A DNA stretch of 64,000 nt from Vairimorpha necatrix (Eukaryota), in the NCBI GenBank assembly GCA_036630325.1, contig CP142730.1, positions 124,001 to 188,000 of the forward strand, written 5' to 3'. Shown in pieces: positions 32,266-44,912 of the stretch (within the stretch, counting starts at the first letter, position 1; the number at the start of each line of letters is the position of its first letter). The notes beneath the pieces are model-generated. The model saw nothing but the letters and a program-made list of their open reading frames with translations. It ran no database searches and was not told the DNA's origin. Position numbers and translations under genes: made by a program.

Positions 32266-33078
32266 CATGTAACATTATTGGTGTAATATAGTAGAAGTAG
32301 ATATATAGAAAATATAATGCCATCATTGACTTTATAGCCACAAAAATGGGTTTGTATAAAAATAGAAAGTTTAATCAAGGTTTGTTAATCTGACATAGAT
32401 GTGACTTATAGTAATAATGATCTAAAGGTGAAATGAATCCAAATGTATCATATCCCAATTTGTAAGTACAAAAAACTATACTCTAATGCCGATGCTTTTA
32501 AGTCTCATGATATGACGTATACCCTGGTCCCTACGAAATATATCATAAAATATGTCGTAGAACTCATTCAAAACGAATTAAAACATAAAATTTAAATTTA
32601 ATTGATATATTAGCGTACATAACGAATTGTCAATTACAAAATACAATTTGATGATTTAAAATAAATATATCATTTCTAAATCTTTCTAAACTCATTAAAT
32701 TTTACGTCTAGTAATACGTAGACCTTTTACAACAAAAAAATGATTTTATAAGTATATAAGCCAAGAAAAAAAAATATGATTAAGATAAATTTTAGTAAAA
32801 ATATGCTAAACGAAGTTTTTATGTAGATTAGTATTATTGTGTTTGTTCGAGCAAATATCAATTAGAAATAAACTCTATTAATAATGATTTTCATAAAAAA
32901 TAAATAATGCATATTTCACGCTTGTAAACGACATGAGTTCTTTACAAAGACACGTTATTATAAGATTCAAATTCAAACTTTTAAGTCATTACTTTAATAG
33001 TAATATATCAGAAAAAAAAGAAGTGTTGAAGAAAAGTGTTTTTTGTATATTAAGAAAAATTTTACACTAAGTATTTAT

Positions 33079-34476
33079 TTAATTTCTAAATCTTATAAGA
33101 TGCAATTGAAGCATTTCCTTATCTTTATTACATACTTCTTCAAGTACTAACTTTCTACATGTTATGTCAACGTGATACATCTTATGATTTATCATCACAA
33201 ATAATAAATCATCGTCAGTGATATATAGACACACGGGCATACGATGCTTGGAACTGAGTTTACTAGTAATTTGATAGAGTAGGAATGGATCATATAATTT
33301 TCTAGGAATGTTCAACAGTTTACCATCACATTTGTCAATTACTATTTCTTTTTTTGTGTGTTGATATGTGTGTTCATTTTCTGCTAAAGAAATATTTCCA
33401 TCTTCGACTGTCTTAAATTCAAAAGATTTTGATTTTATTGTCGTCGTTTTATTTTTTCTTTCTTCATCGGCATAAAAAAATTCTTGAAAATATTCATTAT
33501 GTTCGATAGTAGGAGGTACTAAGCAATTATCTATTTTCACGTCACAATATTCTTCCGAGCTCTGAATATAAATGTCTGAAGAAGACTCGCTTTCTTGTCT
33601 TGATCCATGAGATTCTTCGTAGTGTTCATTATTACAAAGGCGTAGCTTATGATTATTATCATTGTATGAGTTTTTATCAATACAACATCTTTTTGTTTTA
33701 AAACAATGCTGTTTATAATCATAACTGCAGCACGGTCTTTTATTTAAATGACATCTACAATTATTTTTACGATCATTGGTGCAAGCTCTCGGTCGTGTCT
33801 GTTTACAGCACGATCTCTTGTCAATGTAACAACATGAACCTTTATATCTTTCAAATTGACGGGGCGCTAATTCTTGAGTTAGAAAACACTTCTTGGATTC
33901 TGTCATTTTACCTTCATGATCTTTAATGTTACAGAATGATGTTGTTTCTTGCGTATTACAACACGACATGTGAGGTTGTCTTTTCATTGTAAAACCAGAT
34001 TTGTTGACTAGCATCTGATTGCACGAGCATAGACTTTCGGCCCTTTTATCTGTACTACAACAGGTCTTGGATTCTACATTCTTTGCTCCGCAACATGATT
34101 TAGGTCTTTCTTCCTTAATAGCACAACATTCTTTGGTAGATTCACTTAGTATTTTAGGTCTACATGGACAATCTCCTATGCACATTGCGTATTTACAACT
34201 GATTCTGTCTTTGATGTATGGGACAAGAGCTCCATTAGAATACAATACCATTGTTTCTGTGCAATCTTCCCACCCAAATACATAGGCCTTTTCAATGTTC
34301 ATTTTATTCAATAATTTTACCATGGCATTGATATTTGTAGAATTAGCTACAACCCCCCGTCTACCTACAGCCTTGCAAATATCTTCAGGTATTTGTTCGC
34401 ATGTTCCTTCTGCAATGACAGCAGTAAATGGTCTTATTGTTTTAATGAAAAGAATGAGCAAGTTCACGAAAAACAT
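33079..34476 (-). CDS. EnP1-like endospore/spore-wall protein with an expanded Cys-rich region
   Basis: Hydrophobic N-terminus. NSTNINAMVKLLNKMNIEKAYV..W...MVLYSNGALVPY...KYAMCIGDCPC and C-terminal VCLYI....LFV match my recollection of Encephalitozoon EnP1 (NGSNIHEAIKYLQAMNIKKAYV..W..MVLYDNGALAPF..KYVLCVEACPC). CCCC motif before the ATG. Confidence 0.82.
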   Translation of the reverse strand: MFFVNLLILFIKTIRPFTAVIAEGTCEQIPEDICKAVGRRGVVANSTNINAMVKLLNKMNIEKAYVFGWEDCTETMVLYSNGALVPYIKDRISCKYAMCIGDCPCRPKILSESTKECCAIKEERPKSCCGAKNVESKTCCSTDKRAESLCSCNQMLVNKSGFTMKRQPHMSCCNTQETTSFCNIKDHEGKMTESKKCFLTQELAPRQFERYKGSCCYIDKRSCCKQTRPRACTNDRKNNCRCHLNKRPCCSYDYKQHCFKTKRCCIDKNSYNDNNHKLRLCNNEHYEESHGSRQESESSSDIYIQSSEEYCDVKIDNCLVPPTIEHNEYFQEFFYADEERKNKTTTIKSKSFEFKTVEDGNISLAENEHTYQHTKKEIVIDKCDGKLLNIPRKLYDPFLLYQITSKLSSKHRMPVCLYITDDDLLFVMINHKMYHVDITCRKLVLEEVCNKDKEMLQLHLIRFRN

Positions 34477-34539
34477 ATTGGGGTTAAATTTTTTTCTTTA
34501 TTTATAGTTTTATTTGTTTGTTTAAATAACTTTTTAATC

Positions 34540-34665
34540 AACAAACTTAAACAATTTTACAAATAAACTCAAACAATATTGTAAACAAACTTAAACAGTA
34601 TAGCAAACAAACTTAAACAATTTTACAATGGAACTTAAACAATTTCGCACACAAACATAAACAAT
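34540..34665 (-). promoter_or_regulatory. ~21-bp tandem repeat of AACAAACTTAAACAA upstream of the EnP1-like gene
   Basis: About six imperfect copies 64-190 bp upstream of the ATG. An identical 17-mer lies upstream of 44245. Confidence 0.55.
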
Positions 34666-34825
34666 GAAACAAATTTATTAATACAAAAGATTATAATGTA
34701 GATATAAATTTAACAGGACAAATATGACAAGTCATGTTTTTTAACATGATAACAAAAGTAAAATAAGTGATGTTATGAAAAAAGATGCCTGCCACCAAGT
34801 TGATATTGTCGGTATTTATCCTTAA

Positions 34826-36425
34826 TCATATATATAAAAGAATTTTATTTAATTTTTTACCCCTCTTTTTTGTGGTTTTAAAAATATTAAACTTCTTATT
34901 ATAGCTTATTGTGTCATTGTAATATCAAATTTAAACTCAGTGCTTAAATTTGATAATTGTAAGTGCGTATAATATATATTAATGCATTTTTATTAGATTT
35001 ATTATTTTTGTATAACTCAGTTCCAAAATATCGTCAGAATCGTTTTTTAGAATTTATTTAACCCTTCTAGAAAAATTGCAAAAACATATAACCAATGAAG
35101 ATCTTACATGTAAGTGTCAAAAATTGAGCTTAGAAGTATTCAAAATTATCTAATTATGATTTTTAAGTGTTTTACAACAACATTACTCCTTATATGTCAC
35201 TAAAAAGTATTTTTAAAAATCATGTCTAAACTCTGTCAAATTTAATCAGCCAAAAATGGAATTTTTACAAAATTTACCGAGACGGGACATATTATAAAAC
35301 AAACACATTTATCCCGTTTTCAAAACGGGAAAGCATACGCTAGTCATATATATAAAAGAATTTTATTTAATTTTTTACCCCTCTTTTTTGTGATTTTGTA
35401 AAACCTAAACTTCTTATTTTCCCCTTATTGTGCATTAAAAATATCAAATTTAGATCTAATGAAGGATTTTGACTGTCATATGTGCGTGTACTGTATGTTA
35501 ATACATTTTGATTATAATTTTTTGTTTTGTAAAACTCAGTCCCAAAATATTGTCAGAATCGTTTTTTAGAATTTATTTAACCCTTCTAGGAAAAATTCAC
35601 AAAAATATTAACCAAAGAAAAGTTGAATGTAAGTGTCAAATTTTGAACGTATAAACATTATAAAGTTATCAAATTGGATTTTATAGAATAATTTGATTTG
35701 AATCTATATTCAAGTTTTGAATTGGAAATTATTTTAATGTTGTCTAAAATTGCATTTCCCCTTTCTTTTCAAACCAAATATGGCAACTTAAAAAAAAATT
35801 AAAGGAGGTACATACCATAAACAAAACAATCAAATCCCGTTTTCAAAACGGGAAAGCATACGCTATCATCATATATATAAAAGAATTTTATTTAATTTTT
35901 TACCCCTCTTTTTTGTTTTTGTAAAATCTAAACTTCATATTTCATACTTATTGTATTTTAAAAATATCAAATTTACGTCTAATGTTTCGATATGATTATT
36001 GTAAGTGTGTATATTATGTATTAATGCATTTTTATTCTAATTATTATTTTTGTTAAACTCAGTTCCAAAATATCGTCAGAATCGTTTTTTAGAATTTTTT
36101 TACCCTTCTAGAAAAACTTTAAAAACAATTGACAAAAGAAGAAATTGGATGTAAGTGTCAAAAACTGAGCTTAAGAAGTTCCCAAAATTATTACATTGAG
36201 ATTATTAAATGTTTTAAAACAACACTACTTCTTATATGTTACTAAAAAGTATTTTTGAAAATCATGTCTAAACTCTGTCAAATTCAATCATCCAAAATGG
36301 AAACTTTACAAAATTTAAGGATGAAAGACATATTATCAAACTAAACATTTAGATCCCGTTTTCAAAACGGGAAAGCATACGCTATCATCATATATATAAA
36401 AGAATTTTATTTAATTTTTTGCCCC
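34826..36425 (+). mobile_element. Helitron-like array: 3 full units plus a ~40-bp truncated 5' end
   Basis: A|TCATATATATAAAAG start. Units end at 35343 (CTAG), 35865 and 36384 (CTA followed by TCATC). Same hairpin and core block as the other arrays. Confidence 0.88.
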
Positions 36426-37296
36426 TAAAACTCAAAAAAGAGAAAATTAAAAATGGTAAAATTTTTGTTTTAAAACAAAATTAAATGCTTTCATTGTATT
36501 TTATAGACAAATTTAGACCAGATACACTATTCAATTATTACTTTTAACTTATTTTCAATTCTGAAAAAAAATATTGAATTCTCCTTTTTAATTCCTCCGT
36601 CCAAAAACAGAAAGGAAAATCAACAAAATTCAAAATGTCAAAATGGACTGCTAAACGATTGAAAATTATTTAAAATAATGTTTTATTAATTTATAAACTA
36701 ATTTTATTGTCAATTATAAACTTAATAATTTATTTGTTCTTTCAAAAATTATCTTTACTCCTTTTAAATTCTTTAATCAGAAATGGAAAATCATAGATCG
36801 AAAAAAAAACAAAAATAACAATTGTAATAATTTGATTTACAGATATTTTAAATTTTAATATCACCAAATAACTCTGCTTTTTAAATTTATATTATAATTT
36901 CTGTTTCTATGTTATAAGAATTATGTTTTTCATTTCAGAAATGGAAATCAAAATATTAAAACAAACAAACACTACAAAATTGATTATAAACATTAACAAC
37001 AATATCAATGAGTTTTATAACTAATTGAAAATCAATTTCGAAAAGAATATTATTTAATGTAGATTATTAATTCTAAAAAATCAAATTCTTCTTTTTGTTT
37101 TCTTCCTTCCCAAAATGGAATTTTAAAAACTATAAATAAAATTTTTTTCTCCACCCTTCATTATGTTTATGAAAAATCAAGCAAACAACGATTTGAATAA
37201 ACAACCCAAAGCAACTGTTACTATCTCTCAGGAGATATGTAGTAATACTGAAAATAACAATGTTATTTTCTATGAGGCCAACACCTCTGTATATAA

Positions 37297-38356
37297 TCAT
37301 CATCATATATATAAAAGAATTTTATTTAATTTTTTACCCCTCTTTTTTGTGGTTTTGAAATTTTTAGACTACGATATGTTTTGGGCCTTTTATGTTTAAT
37401 ATAATATCAAATTTACATTTTAACGTTTTTATTTGATCATTGTGAGTGCGTATATTATGTGTTAATGCATTTTTATTCCATATTATTATTTTTGTTAAAC
37501 TCAGTTCCAAAATATTGTCAGAATCGTTTTTTAGAATTTATTTAACCCTTCTAGGAAAAAATCCCAAAAACATGTACCAAAGAAGAATGTTGAATGTAAG
37601 TGTCAAAAACTGAGCTTTAGAAGTTCACAAAATCATCTCATTATAGATTAATAAATGTTTTAAGCTCAACTCTACTCCTTTTATGTCACTAAAAAGTATT
37701 TTTCAAAATCGTGTCTTTACTCCTGTTCAAATTCATTCATCCCAAAATGGAAACTTAACAATATTCACCGAGGAGGAAATACATATTATCAAACTAAACA
37801 TTTAGATCCCGTTTTCAAAACGGGGAAAGCATACGCTAGTCATATATATAAAAGAATTTTATTTAATTTTTTACCCCTCTTTTTTTGTGGTTTTAAAAAT
37901 TCTAAACGATACATTTTGAGCCTTTTACGTTAATATAATATCATATATAGATTTAATGTTTTAATTTGATAATTGTAAGTGCGTAAACTATATGTTAATA
38001 CTTTTTTGTTTTAATTATTATTTTTGTAAAACTCAGTTCCAAAATATCGTCAGAATCGTTTTTTAGAATTTATTTAACCCTTCTAGAAAAAATTCACAAA
38101 TTCATGTACCAAAAAAAAGTTATATATAAGTGTCGAAAATTGAGCTTAAAAGTTCCCAAAATTATCTCATAATAATTATTAAATGTTTTTAGCTCAACTT
38201 TACTCCTTATATGTTACTAAAAAGTATTTTGTAAATTCATGTTTTTTCCTTTTCAAATTTATTTTTCCCAAAATGGAAACTCAAAAAATAAAGTAGAAAT
38301 AAATGCCATGAACAATATATCAATCCCGTTTTCCAAAACGGGAAAGCATACGCTAG
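37297..38356 (+). mobile_element. Helitron-like array: 2 units
   Basis: A|TCATCATCATATATAT start, junction CTAG|TC at 37839/37840, end CTAG|T at 38356. Confidence 0.88.
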
Positions 38357-38706
38357 TTCTATTTAAAGAAATTATTGTGCTAGTTTACAACAGATATTTT
38401 AGTTAATTATTGAGTTCTGTACGTCTATGATATTTTAAGAATAAATTCCTGATGAATCTCCATTGTTATAACTATATGTATGTTATTTTTGTACCATACA
38501 ACACACAATGAACGTTTATTGTTTATTTCGCATTATTTTTTAATTTTTCAAAGAATTAAAACAAAGAAATGATAGCTATAGATCTGTGTAAATATAATTA
38601 TACGAGTTAGAATTTAAATTAAATTAAATAAGAAAGGTACTACAAAATCAAATATTGATTCGATATTAAAATCATACATTGTAGAAAATCTAAATATACT
38701 TTAATC

Positions 38707-39285
38707 GGTACATGACCGTCTGAAACCTGCATTTTAAATTTAAAAAAGTAAATATAAAAAAAAATTATATAAAGAGACTTTAAAATTTATTTTAAATCAA
38801 AAAAAAAGATGATTATTGATACATCGGTTGGGGGTATTTTATAAGACAAAGGAACTATAAAAGGTACTCAGAGTGTTGTCCTATTAATTCCATTCTTACT
38901 AAATATATCTCTTGAAACGAAAACAAATTCTTTATTGTTTGGTATTGTGTCTCGAGATCGTATAAGTAAACGAAATTGACGACGTGGTTCATAGTCCTGT
39001 GCTTATCGGCGCGATTTGTCTGTACAGCAAAATATGTTCTCCATTGATCAGTAACCACAATAGAACATGATGATATATTATATTGCATTACCTCAAGTAG
39101 AAAAGTCGCATTTATACAGCAAACAAAACAAGTAGGCAACCGTCATTTATGCATTATTCAATTTTTTTAAATGAACTTTATATTATTTCAATATAAAAAA
39201 ACTTATATGTTTTTCAAATTTTGGTTTCTTTTTGTATAAAGGGTCTTTTCAAATTTTCAATGCGGGTTCCAAACGGTAATGTACC
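38707..39285 (-). mobile_element. Second Merlin transposon relic
   Basis: TIRs GGTACATGACCGT / ACGGTAATGTACC. ORF 38855-39139 ATFLLEVMQYNISSCSIVVTDQWRTY...HRTMNHVVNFV...QTI...EYLL follows the Merlin DDE C-terminal pattern. TSD not preserved. Confidence 0.78.
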
Positions 39286-39289
39286 AATT

Positions 39290-41830
39290 TTTTTTCTCCT
39301 TGTGTCTTTTGTTGATTACATTGACAAGGTTTACGACGTTTAAGATATTGAACAATTGATTCGTTTTATTTGGGCCATTGATAGTTTCTTTTTATAGCAT
39401 GAAGCATTGTATCTCTTCCACCATAGTTTGTAAGCTTTTTATATGCATCCTCAGGAAGCGCTGGACTATCTTCGACTGGCGATAAGTTCTTTGTTTTTGT
39501 GTTATTTACTTAATAATACTGTGTATCTTTAGAATCGATGAGCTCATCTTTTGAGCACTTCAAATCGTTAGTTCGGTTTGACGGTTCATAAGTTCTATTT
39601 AATACATCAGCCTCAATGATTTTTGTGCCTTTCTTGTAGTGTATCGGGGAACCAAATCTTTAAAGTTGTTACCCTATGTTCTAGTTTCATATTATAAAAT
39701 ATATGTTTAGTTTAGGAACTGTGTGGGCAGTGTATTTAATTATTAGTTTTAAACCAAGTCCAAGGATATAGTTTATAGTGCTATATCCCCAAGCCATTGC
39801 TAGATATTTTTCATAGTTAATAAGTATTTTATTTGCTTCAGGCAGTTTTTTTATCCCCAATCAATAGCATAAGTTCACCAACTTTTAATTCTTAAAGGCC
39901 GCACTTGATTCCGTTATTAGAAGTAATTATTGTAATAACAATAAGTTTTGTAAAGTCTGTTACGTTTGTTGCTATGACGGAATTTATCTATAGTTTTATG
40001 TTGCAAAATGCGTCTCACATTCCTCATTCCTTAAAAATTAATCTTTGTTTTAAAGACCATCAAGTGCATCATATAATGGTTGCGAAATTGTTGCTAGCCG
40101 TGCGATATATTTTTTATAGTAATTAGCAAATCCTAGTTTTTTTGCAGGGGTTTCTTATTTTTGGTACTTTAAAATCTAAAATCTTTCTCTGATGTTCTCT
40201 TTTTGGTCTTTGAGTTGACTCGTTGATCTTAGATGGCAAAAGTTTTTTTTTGTACATTTATAATGCATTTTTTTTCTATAACTTATTGTAGAACTTCTAA
40301 AAAGCTCTGATCAGCTCTTTTTCGGAATCGCCATATACAATTATGCCGTCTATATAGGCCTTTAATTTAGTTTTCATGATATCGCATAAGATGTTGTCCA
40401 TTATCTTATGAAAAATTGCAGGTAAATTCTTAAAACCTTATGGCATTTTAGTACTTTGATACAAATTGTTCTTAAATAAAGGGATGTTTTAAATTTATCC
40501 TTAGGAACAATTTTAATTTGGAAAAATTTTATCCGTTAGGTTTAATACTGTGAAAATCTTTTTGCTCTGTGTCATATCGATAGTTTCATTTATTTTTGGG
40601 ACCGAGTAATTATTGTCTTCTACAATTTTATTTAACCATCTGTTGTAACAGATATTCTATATTTTCATCGGGGTTTTTACTGGGGGCATGATTGTATCAT
40701 GGCTAGGTTGTCTTTTTATATAACTTGAATTTAATAGCTTTGTTATTGCTTTTCAGTTACCTTTTATGCCCCATTTGGTATATTTATTTTTTTAACATTG
40801 ACTCGGGTTGCTTCTTTTGTATTTATTGTGCCTAATATTTTATTAGAACATTCTGATGGTTTACTTTAAATACTTTACAACCCTTCTTCTCAAGTTCACC
40901 TATCTCATGTCTCAATTTTTTTAATTTACATAATTTAGGGGTTCAATCAAAAGATGAACTGATTATTGGTCATAATGTTGAAGTTGGTCGTTATTTGGTT
41001 GTTATATAAGGTGCAGTTATTTCTACGTACTCTGTTAAAGTGTTTTCTTGTTCAAAGATATTAGTTTTAGTAGTCACTTTTATTTTGTTGTTAAGAAATC
41101 TCTTTTATTCTACCAGCTTCCAACTAATTAAATTACAAATACTTCTAATATCTACTACTGCATATATTTTATCGCCCACAATACATACTACCGTTGTCTT
41201 GACTTCTCCTAATGGTGTTTGTAGATTGTTAATTATAGTTTTTAAGTACATATTTTGTTCTCTTCCGGAACATATTTGTTGATTCTTTTTTGCTTAATGC
41301 TAACCCTATGGATTTTTTATTTCCAAATTTTCTTTTTTTCATTAAGTATTCTCTCCTCCTTAACAATTCTATCTTATTTAAGCAATCCTCGAATAGATAC
41401 TGGTTGAAAAAGTAGCCTCTAAATGTTACAAATCCTTCTATAATAAAATGTCCTTAAAATTATTTAATTGCCGATTTCTTCCTAATGCCCGAATCATAAG
41501 CAATAGTTATAACTCTTGCTAGTCATTCTCTCACTGGTTCATTTAAATTTTGTCTAGCTTCTAGTAATTTAAAAAGTGTATTTTTTCTGTCATTTTTTTT
41601 CAATTCCCCTTTTAGTTGCTTCATATTACATTTATAGATTTTTCTATTTGTGTAAGTAGAATTTGGGCCTCCTTCTCAAAAATCATAAGGAAAATTGATA
41701 TCTTCGCCTTGTCTTGGATAATGTTATGGGGGTTGAACTGTAACTATAAATATTCCAAGTCTGCCTTGGCCTTAGAAATTCTGAATGTTAATCCTTTCAT
41801 TTTCAGTTCCGCACCAGCTGCCACGTCGAA
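39290..41830 (-). pseudogene. Heavily decayed Ty3/Gypsy gag-pol relic (boundaries approximate)
   Basis: Fragmentary RT motifs KMP*GFKNLPAIFHKIMDNIL...AYIDGIIVYG (~40330-40450), RNase H-like LAMAWG and KGTKIIEADVLNR. No clear LTRs. Confidence 0.7.
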
Positions 41831-44244
41831 AGAGTTAACAAGCAAAAGGGTTATTTTTTTATATAGTATATAGACACAAACCTAATATACAAAGCTCCAC
41901 TATTTTAATACATTTGTAAATTTTTTTTAATTTTCAAAAAGATTTAAATAATTCATATAATTGTGCATTTTTCCTAGATGTTAGATGTTGATAGCACTTA
42001 TATTTAGGAGCGCTTATAAATTTTGAATTTCAATTTTTAAATACTAATATGATAAATGCTTATAAAATCTTTTGATATACTACTATTCTCATACACATAC
42101 CACTTCTTGAGCAAATATATTCTCGGCCAGTGCACTTAGAGTCTTCCCACGTATTCCTCTCTAGCATCTTTAGTGATCGTAATTCTAGTCTTTGTTTCAA
42201 ATGGAGATACACCAACGCCTTTGTAGCGAAAAATATTGGATGTATGCTTCGAAAAAAAAATTAATTTTTAGTTTTTTTTATCGTTCTTTAGTAGTAACTT
42301 GACCTTTTTTCATCCTATGTCTTCTCTAAAACTATTACACGATCATATTTATTTCCTAAAGTAAAAGAATAATATTTCTTAACTCTTCATTCACAACTAT
42401 GGTAAGTCTATCCTGATTGAAATTTCAGCTTCGCCAATGTCCTTTCTTTTTTCTTCTTGTCAAATTAGAAATGCCTGGTATCGGGGTATTTTAAAATATT
42501 TAGATATTTTTGTCTCGACTTTATTTCTGATCAATTAAAATAAGATCTTCTATACTTAGTCACGTATATATTTTTAACTTCGTGAAAGTAGATTATAACA
42601 TGTTAAATGTTATACATGTTAACCACATCTTTTTGTCTTTTCATATAATCAAACTTCCATATTCGACCACATTTGTTGGATAATTCTCTAAGCATCTTTA
42701 TGAGATTTACAGTTAGGTTTTTTATTCAAAAATATTAGAGTATATATTATTTTTACAAGATTTCTAAAGATACTTTATGTACTTTTTTATCAATTTTTTT
42801 ATAGAAGTTCTATTTCTTTATAAAGAATGTAATACTATAATGATTTTTACTCTTTCATATGTTTATATTACTCGCCAATCTTGCTATTTACAGTTTTTAA
42901 GAAATGTATTGAAGTTCCGCCAATTCGGATGTTAACAAATCCTTTCGGAAATTTATTTAGTATAGAAAAATTTGGGCCTATATGTTTGATTATGACAATA
43001 TGAAACACCAACAAATAAATTTTTTTTTTAATGTGATTTTTACAAAGAGTAAAATAAAAAAGCAAATTATAGGTTATAATAATAAAAATCTCTTCAAATT
43101 ATATTATATATGTCAAACTCGTCTCTATTACAGTACTTTAACTAGAGAATTCATTATTTTTATGTGTATAAATTTTAACGCAAAAAAATCGTTTCCCGCC
43201 AAATTAAAAAATTTTGATCGATAGAATCACAACGTAAGAATTAAATTTAGACATTATAATGTTATTTGTAAAAAGCAAACCGAATATAAATGACATTATA
43301 TTTTTTTGACCCTTATAGTATGAATTATTGGTTTGCACCAAATAGATGGAAGTAATATATTCATTACATGATGTCGTAGAATTTAGCCGTAGGCGGATTT
43401 AAATTTTTTTGATTCATGTTGAAATTTCAGTATAATATTTTGATTACAGATATATGATCTATATTTCGTGCTGTATGCTCAATGAACGTTCATTGAGTAT
43501 TTACTCATCATAGGTCTGTTAATGAAAATACGAACTCTATATATATATATATTGATTAATATGCTAACTTATGTTTTGCAAAAACGTGGGGTTATCCGAT
43601 CACATTAGTTTTTGTTATTATAAGTTATTTTCTGCTTTTTATTTCAAATACATATGGTATAGATGATTAAATTGCTTTTTATAATTTATGATGTCCAGTT
43701 AATACCTGAAAAAAGTATTTTTGATGCCTATCTTAGGTTTTATTTAATTTTAACTCCCTATGCAACCTTGCTAATCAAAAGAATTATTGATTACTTTTTT
43801 CCATATTACAACATGTCTATTTTCTACAAACTATAATTGGATCCACACATTTATCTTTGTTGACTATACGAATTACTTTTAATAGATTTGATAATCAAAA
43901 AAACTTTATAATTATAAGTGTAGGAAGTGTAACACATGTCAAATCCGGCATTGGCCTTTCTGAGACATTTGACATGTTGTTCTTTAAATATTTTATAATA
44001 AATAAACCTATGGTTTCATTCCAACAATAGGATTTATATGACATGGAAAATCGACTTTGAACATTCTAATTTTTTCTTATAAGTAAAAAGCAATCAAAGT
44101 TATCAAAATATTTTTTTGATACTCGTATGTTTGTTTTAAGAAATTTGTTTATTCAATTGTTTAAGTTTGTTAATTCACAGTGTTTTCTTGTAGTGTAAAT
44201 AAACATGTAAAATATAAATAAAATTTTTATGGGGGTAAATAAAA

Positions 44245-44859
44245 ATGGACCTGCAACTTCTAGTATTCATATTCAACAATGTTAGTCTTAAAGAACAGCC
44301 AGACATACACGTTGAAGAATTGGTCAATCTAAAAGACAATGTGGCCTATTCTATAAAGACTGATGGTCGAGGAGGAATAGAAATAAAATCAAAAGGGCCA
44401 AATGATAATGAATGGAGTATGCCTAAGAAAATTGCTGTACATGAAAACGCCGGAGAATTACTTGATAGTGGAGCTCTTATTGTCAAGACTGAAGGTAACA
44501 AATACATTCTTGCATATGCCCCAACACCGAATGATTTTCAGTTAAAACCAGAAAAATTTAATTATAATATACAAGAATACAATGAAATGGCTAATGACGA
44601 AAAAACAATCAAAGCTGTTTATAATTCCAAACCTAGGTTTATAGAAGGAATACAGACCGACAAAAGGTCTACATTTTATGAGTATAAACCAACCTCTCAA
44701 CAAAAGAATGCAGCTTCTAGCCCGCAAACGAAAAAAAAGAATACGAAAGTAAAAAACGACGATAAAAACGTTGATGAAGAATCTGTAAGTAGCAATGCAG
44801 ACAAAGTATTCGTGTCTATTTCTGTCATTGGATTTTCATTAGTACTAATCGCGTTATAA
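44245..44859 (+). CDS. Hypothetical surface protein, putative signal peptide and GPI-anchor-like C-terminus
   Basis: 204-aa ORF with a GGGGG motif before the ATG, a short hydrophobic N-terminus, C-terminal SSNA spacer plus VFVSISVIGFSLVLIAL, and AATAAA overlapping the stop. Confidence 0.7.
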   Translation: MDLQLLVFIFNNVSLKEQPDIHVEELVNLKDNVAYSIKTDGRGGIEIKSKGPNDNEWSMPKKIAVHENAGELLDSGALIVKTEGNKYILAYAPTPNDFQLKPEKFNYNIQEYNEMANDEKTIKAVYNSKPRFIEGIQTDKRSTFYEYKPTSQQKNAASSPQTKKKNTKVKNDDKNVDEESVSSNADKVFVSISVIGFSLVLIAL

Positions 44860-44912
44860 ATAAATTCTTACAAGTGATTTTTCTATTTGTATATATTTTA
44901 TTTATTCTACAA

